Below, in pieces: positions 55,779 through 64,000 of a DNA stretch of 64,000 nucleotides. The notes beneath the pieces were generated by a model that was given only the letters and a program-made list of their open reading frames with translations, was not told where the DNA came from and made no database searches. Numbering within the stretch: position 1 is the first letter of the stretch; every line of letters begins with the position of its first letter. The position numbers and the translations under genes are program-made. Origin of the DNA: Nitrospirota bacterium (GTDB lineage: Bacteria; Nitrospirota; UBA9217); the NCBI GenBank assembly GCA_963741205.1, contig CAVUHW010000020.1, positions 96,001 to 160,000 on the forward strand, in the 5' to 3' direction.

Positions 55779-56437
55779 TCGAACTTAAGGGACTATCGAA
55801 GACATACACCATATCGGGAAAAACCATCAAGGCGGTGCAAAGCGTCGATTTGACCGTTGCGCAGGGAGAATTTGTATCGATCGTCGGCCACTCGGGAAGC
55901 GGCAAGAGCACTTTCCTGAGCCTCATCGGCGGCATTGCGCGGCCCGACACCGGGACGGTCACCGTGGATGGTGTGAACATCTGGGGATACGACGACAAAA
56001 CCCTGTCGAGGCTCCGGAACGAAAAGTACGGCTTCGTCTACCAGTTCGCCAGCCTCATTCCGACGCTGACCGCGTGCGAAAACGTCCTTCTGCCCACCGT
56101 GTTCGGCGGAAAGAAGACACGTGCGGACGCGGAAAACCTGCTCCAGCTTGTTGGACTCGGCGACAAGATGGGTCGCTACCCCGCCGAACTTTCGGGCGGC
56201 GAACAGCAGCGCGTTGCCATCGCCCGCGCCTTTATCAACGATCCCGAAATCATCCTTGCCGACGAACCCACCGGAGACCTTGATGAGGAGACGGAAGCGG
56301 AAATCATGGCATTCTTCGAGAAGATCAACCGGGAGAAAAACGTTACGATGGTCATGGTGACCCACAGCTCGGAGCTCGCCCTCCGCGCCCCGTCCCGGCT
56401 CAGGATGAAGCAGGGAGTCCTTGAAAAGCTGAACTGA
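55775..56437 (+). CDS. ABC ATP-binding protein (LolD/MacB type)
   Basis: GHSGSGKS, LSGGEQQR, LADEPTGDLD. Confidence 0.93.
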   Translation: MIELKGLSKTYTISGKTIKAVQSVDLTVAQGEFVSIVGHSGSGKSTFLSLIGGIARPDTGTVTVDGVNIWGYDDKTLSRLRNEKYGFVYQFASLIPTLTACENVLLPTVFGGKKTRADAENLLQLVGLGDKMGRYPAELSGGEQQRVAIARAFINDPEIILADEPTGDLDEETEAEIMAFFEKINREKNVTMVMVTHSSELALRAPSRLRMKQGVLEKLN

Positions 56438-56485
56438 CCTGACGTTCCCCGCGGACGGGCGAGCGCTTTCATACGCGCACAAAAT

Positions 56486-56516
56486 AAAAACGGCGGCCTT
56501 TCCGGCCGCCGTTTTT
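56486..56516. terminator. Bidirectional intrinsic terminator
   Basis: AAAAACGGCGGCC-TTTCC-GGCCGCCGTTTTT between convergent operons. Confidence 0.88.
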
Positions 56517-56551
56517 CTGTTACCCGATCGATGAGGTTGCTCCCCCTTCGC

Positions 56552-57258
56552 CTACTTTTTCTTTTTATCCCCGTAGAGATAGTCATATTCCGCCGGATGA
56601 TGATGTTTGAGCTGATCGATCGACATCTTGCCGGTGAGCCACATCCAGTTCATGGGGAACACCTCGGACCGGAGGTGCTCGTTATAGAAGTGGAAGATGA
56701 GGATGAATACGATGGCTAGCAGCGCCTCGTCGCTGTGCATGGCGAACAGGACATCCCAGATCCACTGGACCGTCGACATCGGGAAGAGCGCTGATACCGT
56801 CACCGGGAAGGCGAGGAAAAAACCGGACGCTCCGATGATGAACATGCCCCAATACACCGCCCAGTAGTCGAACTTCTGCATGTAGTTGAACTTTCCGAAG
56901 TACGGCTTCTCTTTCCGAAGGCCGAAAAAGTACATGAAAATTATGAACCACGTCCACAACGTCCTTGGGCATGGGAACGAGGCTCAGCCGGAACCCGCCC
57001 TTGCGCGCCTGGTTGATGAGATAGAACTGGTGGTAGATGAAGTCGAGCAGCATGGTAATGCCCGCGATGCGGTGAATGAGCCCCGCGCTCTTTGCGCCGC
57101 CCCAGAAACGGATCCAGGCGCTGGCCGGGATCCTGGTAGGCATACTTGAGCCCCCAGCCCGTGAACGACAGGAGCAGAAAAGTCGTAAACATGATGACGT
57201 GCTGAATCCTCGCGGAGAGGTCGAATCTCTCGATTTCCTTCGGGATAGTATTATTCAT
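56552..57258 (-). CDS. Di-heme cytochrome b (FdnI/HydC-like; 2 frameshifts)
   Basis: ERFDLSARIQH, LIHRIAG, IYH, KFNYMQKFDYWAVYWG, MHSDEALLA, FHFYNEH. Confidence 0.85.
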
Positions 57259-58147
57259 GCTTGTCCCCCTTTCTGAAAAGCCGGTCGCGAATGTCCGCGA
57301 TGATATCTAAAAGAACATGGATGCAGATAAATGCGAACACGCTCATGGTGAGAACGATAAGCGCAATCTCGGTAAAGTGAGCGATCGGATGGAGCGGTTT
57401 ATGCGTGATTGCAGCGACGAACTTGGCCGTCGCTCCGCTGTGGCATTTTCCGCAGGTCGCTATCTTATTCTCGCCGACGACCGGCGAGGCAGGGTCCTTG
57501 TCGCTCTTGATATCATGAGCGCCGTGGCAGTTCACGCAGGACGGAGCGTTGGTGTGGCCGACCTTCAGCTTCCTTCCGTGGAAGCTCTCAAGATAGCGCT
57601 CCATGACGAGCGGCGAGAACCCGTATTTTTCGGCCATGTGCTTCTCTTCATGGCAGGTCCCGCAGGTCTTGACGACATTGAAATGATTGACTGCCGACTC
57701 CTTGCTCGTCTTCGGCTGGATGTAATGAGGCGAACCGTGACAGCTCGTACAGACCGGGCCATCGGTTGATTTTTTCACGATGACGTTCTTTCCATGCACG
57801 CTGCCCTTGTAGGCCTCATAGAGGTCCGGATGGCATTGGGCGCATGCCGCCTGCGCTATGGGGTCGATTTTGCTCTTCGAAGAAATTAACGCCGCGAGTT
57901 CCTGCGTGGCCTTATCGGCCTTGCCCGAAAGGTCCTGGTGCTGCGCCCCTTTCAAGGTCATGTGGCATTGGACGCAATCAAACGCGCCGTGGACCGACTT
58001 GGTGTACTTCTCCTGGTTCACATTGACGGACCCTTCCATCGATCCGTGGCATCCGAGACAAGTCGCCGCGTCGGGCGCTGCGCCTGCTGCAGGGACCAGA
58101 ACAAGCGTGAGCAACAACAACAGTGCTGTGTTAAGCCATTTCCTCAT
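57251..58147 (-). CDS. Periplasmic heptaheme cytochrome c with C-terminal membrane anchor
   Basis: Signal peptide; 7 CxxCH (CLGCH, CVQCH, CAQCH, CTSCH, CGTCH, CVNCH, CGKCH); C-terminal TM containing a His. Confidence 0.92.
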   Translation of the reverse strand: MRKWLNTALLLLLTLVLVPAAGAAPDAATCLGCHGSMEGSVNVNQEKYTKSVHGAFDCVQCHMTLKGAQHQDLSGKADKATQELAALISSKSKIDPIAQAACAQCHPDLYEAYKGSVHGKNVIVKKSTDGPVCTSCHGSPHYIQPKTSKESAVNHFNVVKTCGTCHEEKHMAEKYGFSPLVMERYLESFHGRKLKVGHTNAPSCVNCHGAHDIKSDKDPASPVVGENKIATCGKCHSGATAKFVAAITHKPLHPIAHFTEIALIVLTMSVFAFICIHVLLDIIADIRDRLFRKGDKHE

Positions 58148-58406
58148 ACCTTCTCCTTTCAGTCTATCGTGTGTAAAAAAATGTGTAGGGACAAACTGGT
58201 TTGCTTCGGTGCATCTGACCCCGTCCAGCCCCGCGAGCGGGACAAAACCGAGCGAAAATCCCGGACAGGATAGCAGGATTAAATTGAGATCACAAGCATT
58301 AATTTTAGGTATGTGCGGGATAAATCCTGTGCACTGTTCGTTGTTAAGCGAATCCCCAGGAACGGTGCATTATAGGCAACTATCCGATAATCCGGTGCTT
58401 ATTCAA

Positions 58407-58422
58407 TGCACGTTATATGCCA
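58407..58422 (-). promoter_or_regulatory. sigma54 promoter of cytochrome c/b pair
   Basis: Minus strand TGGCATATAACGTGCA with correct GG/GC spacing; about 250-nt leader. Confidence 0.65.
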
Positions 58423-58528
58423 CGGATAAGACATTGATTTTTTAATATACAAAGCCCTCCTTTTTTCGCATAATTGAGAATTTCTCCGTATTTCTGTCAC
58501 CTTTGCGAAGAAACAGCGGTTGATTTCA

Positions 58529-59273
58529 TCAGGGATATGAAACCCCTACAAGGTAAAGTCCTTGCGGCGGCGCGGTCCTGCCTGCTTTGGTCCGGTCACA
58601 GGACGCGAGCATGCGCTCAACATCTTTGGGACTGAACCTGCCCAGACCGACCTCTACAAGGGTTCCCGTAATATTTCGTACCATATACTGCAAAAAAGCG
58701 TCAGCCTCGATCGATAGGTCGATGAAATCACCTGTTTTTCTAACGGCCGCCGACTTGATTGTTCGGACCGGCGTTCTGGCGCCGCAGCCCGATCCGCGAA
58801 AGGCCGAGAAATCATGTTTCCCCACGAGAAAGGCGACCGCCCTTTTCATGCGCGCGACGTTCAACGGACGATTCACGTGCCACGCATGATTTCGATAGAG
58901 TGCCGTCGGCTCCCTTCTGTTCAAAATACGGTATCGGTATGTCTTGGAGACGGCGCTGTAGCGGGCGTGAAAATCCGGAGGGACTTCCCGGGACTCCAGC
59001 ACCCGGATGTCGTGTGGAAGAAGGTGGTTCAACGCCGGCGCCCATGCCTGCAGGGGGTATTTCGCTGAAAGTCCGGAAATTTGCCGCGTGTCCGAACGCA
59101 TGCACGCCGGCATCAGTTCTCCCCGATGAATAGGTCTTGGTGTCCTCCCGGGAAAGAGTTCGCAAGGCCTCTTCAAGCGTGTCCTGGACCGTGGGTGTTC
59201 CGCTCGCGGCCTGCGACTGCCAGCCGTGGTAATTCGTGCCGTCGTATTCGAGGATGAGCTTGATGTTTTTCAT
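58529..59273 (-). CDS. truA: tRNA pseudouridine(38-40) synthase (frameshift near 59055)
   Basis: EYDGTNYHGWQ, GRTDAGVHA, FHARY, HDFSAF, FLQYMVRN, APPQGLYL. Confidence 0.96.
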
Positions 59274-59280
59274 GCGACGA

Positions 59281-59364
59281 AGTCAGGAGTCAGGAGCCAG
59301 GAGTCAGGAGAAATGCAGATTGATAATTACCGCTCCTGAATTCTGACTTCTGACTCCTGGCTAC
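59281..59364. repeat. Heptamer tandem repeats in inverted arrangement
   Basis: (AGTCAGG/AGCCAGG)x4, spacer, then (TCCTGAA/TTCTGAC/TCCTGGC)x4. Confidence 0.8.
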
Positions 59365-60061
59365 TCTCCTAGGTACGCCTTCTTGATTCCCGGGTCTTGC
59401 GCCAGTTGCGATGCCTGCCCCTGCATCACGATCCTACCGGTTTCCAGCACATAGGCGCGATGCGCAAGCCGGAGGGCCGCCTTTGCGTTTTGTTCGACCA
59501 GGAGCACGGTTGTGCCCCGTTCGTTGATTTCCCTGATAATGGTAAATATCCTGCTCACGATGATCGGGGCCAGGCCAAGAGACGGTTCGTCGAGCAGCAG
59601 CAGGTTCGGCCTCGACATAAGGGCCCTGGCGATGGCGAGCATCTGCTGTTCCCCTCCCGAGAGAGTGCCGCCAAGCTGTCCGGCCCTCCCGGCGAGAACA
59701 GGGAACATGGTAAATGCCCGCCCCATGTCCTCGTCCAACTCCTTCCTGTCCCGGGAAAAACCGCCCATTTCCAGATTTTCCCGCACAGTCATACGAGGAA
59801 AGATCCGTCTTCCTTCGGGCGCCTGGGAGATCCCTCTCCTGACGATCTCGTGCGCGGGTCTGCCTGAAATCCGGGCTCCCTCATAATCAATCGTCCCGGC
59901 CCGGAGTCGCGCTATGCCTGATACGGACATCAGGGTCGTAGACTTGCCGGCGCCGTTCGCCCCGATCAGAGCGACGATCTCCCCCTTTTTACGGACAGGG
60001 TTATCCCCTTGACCGCGTCGATCATGCCGTATGACACGGTCACGTCCCGGAGCTCAAGCAT
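59361..60061 (-). CDS. livF: Branched-chain amino acid ABC ATP-binding protein (frameshift near 59975)
   Basis: GANGAGKS, APEGRRIF, LSGGEQQMLA, DEPSLGLAP, AYLGE. Confidence 0.93.
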
Positions 60062-60823
60062 GAGCGCTCTCCTTGCCGAGATAGGCCTCGATGACGGCAG
60101 GTTGTTCTGGATATCTTTGGGCAGCCCTTCAGCGATCTTGACGCCGTGGTCTATCACCAGCACCCGGTCCGAGATGCCCATGACGACCTTCATGTCATGC
60201 TCGATCAGCAGGATCGCCACCCCGTTGTCCCGGATCTTGCGGATCAGCGCCATCAACTCCTGTGTTTCCTGGGGATTCATTCCCGCAGCCGGCTCATCGA
60301 GGAGGAGCAGGTGGGGCTCCGTGCCCAGGGCGCGGGCAATTTCCAGCCGCCTCTGATCCCCGTACGAAAGGTTCGCCGCCAAGACGCCGGACTTGTCCTC
60401 AAGACCGACGAATTTAAGAATATCCATGGCACGGAATCCCATGTCGCGTTCTTCCCGCTTAACCTTCTCCGGCCTGAATATGGCGCCGAACACGCCGGCG
60501 CTGGTGCGACAGTGGGCGGCCACCATGACGTTCTCCATGCTGCTCATTCCGCCGAACAGGCGTATATTCTGAAAAGTGCGTGCGATTCCCAAGGCGGTAA
60601 TGTCGTGGGGCATCATGCCGGTAATGTCCCTGTCATGAAATATGGCGGCTCCCTTCGTGGGCTGATACATTCCGGTGATGCAGTTAAAAAAAGTGGTCTT
60701 GCCCGCGCCGTTCGGGCCGATGATGCTCACGATCCTCTCGCGCTCGACCCGCATATCGATGCCGTCGAGCGCAGTGAGCCCGCCGAAGTGTTTGGACAGG
60801 TTTTTCGTTTCTAGCAGCAACAT
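60058..60823 (-). CDS. livG: Branched-chain amino acid ABC ATP-binding protein
   Basis: GPNGAGKT, RTFQNIRLF, LSYGDQRRLE, DEPAAGMN, IEHDM. Confidence 0.93.
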
Positions 60824-60931
60824 CGAAGAATCTTTCCGGACGCAGATTTACACAGACGGACGCGGATTTGAGTTTCATCATTCCAAATCCGATATTTCAG
60901 CGTCAGTCTGCGTCCAATTTCTTGCTTTTGA

Positions 60932-62089
60932 TCACTTTGGACTTGTCTTGAGCGCTCCCAGCAGCCCCTGCGGCTTGAATACCATCATGAGAACAAGGGC
61001 CGCACCGAAGGCCAGCATCCGGTAGTCCTGGAATTCCCGGAATACCTCCGGGAGCGTGATCAACAGGAACGCGCCCAGAATGATGCCCGGGATGCTGCCC
61101 ATCCCGCCGAGGACGACCATGCAAAGGATCAGGACCGATTCGGAAAAAGTAAAGCTTTCGGGCGATACAAAGGCCATCTTTGCGGCAAAGAAAACTCCGG
61201 TTGCGCCCGCCCAGGCCGAACCGATGACAAAGGCCATCAGTTTGAGCCGGAACGTATTGATCCCCATCGCTTCCGCGGCAATCTCGTCCTCGCGGATCGC
61301 GATCCAGGCCCGTCCGATGCGCGACGCCATCAGCCGGTGCATGGCAAAAACGGTAACAGCAGCCATGAAGAGGATCAGGTAATAAAAGTCGAGCGTGCTG
61401 TTCATCGTATAGCCGGCAAGCGCCGGCCTGCCGATCTTTGATATGCCGTTCGGCCCTCCGGTCACGCTGTCCCAGTTGTTGAAGACGATGCGGGTGATTT
61501 CTCCGAGCCCGAGGGTGACAATGGCAAAGTAATCACCGCGGAGCCGCAAGGTCGGCAATCCGACGACCACGGAAAAGAAGGCCGCCGTCAGGGCGCCGGC
61601 GAGAATGCCGGGCCAGAAGGAAACCCCGAAGACCGTCGAGAGGATAGCATAGGTATACGCCCCGATCGCGTAAAATGCAACGTATCCGAGATTGAGAAGC
61701 CCCGCCTGCCCGACCACGATATTCAGGCCCAGTGCGAGAACGACATACATGCACGTAAGCGTCATGATGTCCCGGTAGTAATTGTTGAGAAAAAGGGGCA
61801 GCAGAATCAGGAAAAGGAGCGCAACGGCGAGACCGGCGGCGGATTGAACGAGGGAAGCAAATGAGGTAGCAGTGACAGGCAGGCGGGAAAGCCGGTTAAA
61901 CAGGGCTTTGCGGACATTCGCGACAGGTTCTGTTTTAGCAAGGCGCCACAGCGCAACAAAGAGACCGGCGACCGCGGCGATTCGGAGCGCGTTTCCCGCC
62001 CCGGTAAGCGGAAGCGCGAGCAGTCCCGCCCAGACGGGGAGCCAAAGCATCCCGGAATTTTTTTTTATCGCCGACAGAAAATCGCCCAT
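60932..62089 (-). CDS. livM: Branched-chain amino acid ABC permease
   Basis: GLNIVVG.AGLLNLGY, LRLRGDYFAIVTLG, GRAWIAIREDE, VVLGGMGS. Confidence 0.93.
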   Translation of the reverse strand: MGDFLSAIKKNSGMLWLPVWAGLLALPLTGAGNALRIAAVAGLFVALWRLAKTEPVANVRKALFNRLSRLPVTATSFASLVQSAAGLAVALLFLILLPLFLNNYYRDIMTLTCMYVVLALGLNIVVGQAGLLNLGYVAFYAIGAYTYAILSTVFGVSFWPGILAGALTAAFFSVVVGLPTLRLRGDYFAIVTLGLGEITRIVFNNWDSVTGGPNGISKIGRPALAGYTMNSTLDFYYLILFMAAVTVFAMHRLMASRIGRAWIAIREDEIAAEAMGINTFRLKLMAFVIGSAWAGATGVFFAAKMAFVSPESFTFSESVLILCMVVLGGMGSIPGIILGAFLLITLPEVFREFQDYRMLAFGAALVLMMVFKPQGLLGALKTSPK

Positions 62090-62176
62090 GATGGGCAGTG
62101 ATTATCTCACAAAAAAAATATTAATTCAAGGCGGCATTGCAGGCCTGTCAGGCCGGCGGGATCTGATGTTCTTCAA

Positions 62177-63649
62177 TTATGATATCCCGGCGCGAGCGCG
62201 ACGGCGCTCCTCGCCAAGGTTCCTGTAGCGGTCCGGCCAAAACGGCGACAGATACTCCGAAAAGAAATTGCCGGTCCGCCTTCTGGGCAGTCCCATGTCG
62301 CCGAGGAGATCGTCGAGGTAATGCGCCACGAACGGTCCGATGTAATACCCCTCACCTCTACCCGGAAAAGCCTCAGAAGCCCATCGAAGGACCTTTGAAA
62401 TCTCACGCTCCATGTCGGCGGCGCTGCAAAGGGCCAACTCGCCCCGGAAGCATTGGGAGAGCCAATGGGCTGCGACCTCCGAGGTCAACTGACACGCCGT
62501 GGATGAGGCGTAGCCGACAAACCCGAGATTGCGCTGCCGCGGGGGAAGGATGTGCCGGTAGAGGCGAAGCTGACCGTTCTTCTGGATCTGACCGAGCAGA
62601 CCGGGATCGAGAAAGGAAAGGTTCAGACGCCAGCCGGTCGCGAAAACGACCACATCCGCTTGGACGGTCTCCCCGGTGTCGAGTTCGATCTCGTCCGCGT
62701 CCGTGAAGCGCGAGATACCCGCCCGCTTGAGGACCAGTTTTCCCGGGTCCAGAACTCCGTACAACTCGCCCCCTACGCCGAGGTATTCGAACCCTTCGGG
62801 GAGCCGTGTATCCGGCGTAAGCACGGGGGGCATCTTGAGCAGTCTGCGGAGGAGACGACCATACCCTCGCCACCAGGCGCTGACCAGCGCCCTTGCCGGT
62901 CCGTGCAGGACCGCCTCGCAGCGGCTCAAACGGTGATAGCGGAGGAAGGACTCCGCGAGACGGGTCATGACCATCCGATCGAAACGGATGCGTCCGAAAA
63001 AATAACGCGGGGCCATCCAGTGCGGCGCTCTGAATACCAGCGTGCACGAGCGGCCATGCCCCGCGGCCCACGTTGCGCAATCCAGTGCCGACTTGCCCGC
63101 GCCGACTATTACCACGCGCTTTCCCGCCACCAACGCCGGATCGACAAGCCGGCTCGAATGAAGCACAGCCCCTTCAAAAAGCTCCCGGCCGGTTATCTGC
63201 GGAATCTTCGGCTCCGAAAAGACCCCGTTGCAGACCACGACAAAGTCGAAATGAAGCGTTTCCGCGGTTGCGCCTCCGACTGTCCGGATTATGACTTCGA
63301 ACATCCGCGCAGAGACGCTCGTGACCGATACGACCTCGGTGGAAAAACGAACGAGGGACCGCAGTCCGAAATGGTCTGCGTATGATCCCAGGTACGAGCG
63401 AACCTGCTCGGCTGCCGGAAAATCATCTGCCGTTTCCGGGTAGGGATAGTCCGAGAACGCGTAGGTCTCGCGCGGGTTATTGGCGCGCAGCCCGGGATAC
63501 GTGCGGGACGCTGCCCAGACCCCCCCAAGCTCAGCCTGCTTTTCGAACACGACGACCTCGAACCCGTCTTCCTTCAGGACCTTGGATGTCACGAGTCCCG
63601 CGATACCCGCACCAATCACGCACACGCGCCTGCCGGAATCCCTGTCCAT
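62177..63649 (-). CDS. Flavin-containing monooxygenase (class B)
   Basis: GAGIAG, LGGVW, FEGAVLHSS fingerprint variant, GAGKSA, FATGW; GAAGGAG SD before ATG 63649. Confidence 0.9.
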   Translation of the reverse strand: MDRDSGRRVCVIGAGIAGLVTSKVLKEDGFEVVVFEKQAELGGVWAASRTYPGLRANNPRETYAFSDYPYPETADDFPAAEQVRSYLGSYADHFGLRSLVRFSTEVVSVTSVSARMFEVIIRTVGGATAETLHFDFVVVCNGVFSEPKIPQITGRELFEGAVLHSSRLVDPALVAGKRVVIVGAGKSALDCATWAAGHGRSCTLVFRAPHWMAPRYFFGRIRFDRMVMTRLAESFLRYHRLSRCEAVLHGPARALVSAWWRGYGRLLRRLLKMPPVLTPDTRLPEGFEYLGVGGELYGVLDPGKLVLKRAGISRFTDADEIELDTGETVQADVVVFATGWRLNLSFLDPGLLGQIQKNGQLRLYRHILPPRQRNLGFVGYASSTACQLTSEVAAHWLSQCFRGELALCSAADMEREISKVLRWASEAFPGRGEGYYIGPFVAHYLDDLLGDMGLPRRRTGNFFSEYLSPFWPDRYRNLGEERRRARAGIS

Positions 63650-63840
63650 GGATAACGCTCCTTCGCTCCGTTCACGACTGCATGCTTCGCCTGGTATCAA
63701 TTATAGAATATGCGAGTCCCCTTTTTTGGGGAAGCGCCGCATTCCAGAATCCTGTTTGACAACACCACCCTTTGCGGTTAACATGTCACAAGACTCATAA
63801 ATACAAGGGATCTCATAACGATGCGAAAATTGTCAACATC

Positions 63841-64000
63841 ATGCTGAAAAAAATCACCACCACCCTCATCCTCCTCTTCTGGTTCGCCATGATGGGCCTC
63901 CTCCTTGAGCGAACGTACTTCCGTCCCTCCGCGGTCATCGCCCTTGATGCGGTCACGGAAGAAGGGGTCCGCGCGACGGACGAGTGGTTCGGCATCTACC
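63841..64000 (+). CDS. N-terminus of a membrane-anchored/secreted protein, runs off window
   Basis: MLKKITTTLILLFWFAMMGLLLERTYFRP...DEWFGIY; upstream TTGACA-17-TAACAT at 63756-63784. Confidence 0.65.
   Translation, partial: MLKKITTTLILLFWFAMMGLLLERTYFRPSAVIALDAVTEEGVRATDEWFGIY

Noticed and set aside
58190-58280. c-di-GMP/cGAMP (GEMM-I) riboswitch
   Set aside because: The GGCAAACC...GAAA...GGGACGCAAAGC core is not present on the sense strand.

Overview
This is a GC-rich bacterial chromosome segment. Gene content suggests an anaerobic Gram-negative organism, plausibly Nitrospirota or Desulfobacterota (inference). Many genes, including essential ones such as ligA, are split by single-base indels, so this looks like an unpolished long-read consensus; split genes are reported as single reconstructed CDSs. 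The core content is lepA, a ROK kinase, PBP1A, a HAMP-GGDEF protein, a Geobacter-style pilA plus ABC island, futalosine genes (deaminase, mqnE, mqnC), mtaB, miaB, an SH3/M48/outer-membrane barrel operon, NFACT, queE, mltD, nfo, ligA, pilD with a sensor kinase and sigma54 regulator, recG, a TetR-TolC-RND-MacAB efflux operon, rpmB, truA, livMGF and an FMO. There are also two decayed TnpB elements. The best candidate for an undescribed system is at 51.6-58.4 kb. It comprises a secreted beta-propeller with His/Cys at equivalent blade positions and a CxxCH motif, co-encoded with NosL, DUF4418, a TPR lipoprotein and a Cys-Cys ABC exporter. It converges on a sigma54-driven heptaheme cytochrome c plus cytochrome b module. 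Other notable signals are a DnaA-box/IHF cluster at 13.3-13.5 kb, a GGDEF carrying the Asp-to-Ser change seen in cGAMP synthases, several leaderless transcripts, an orphan AAGGAGGTGGAC motif in two long leaders, and several families of miniature repeats, some inserted in frame into proteins. No tRNA, rRNA or CRISPR array was seen.
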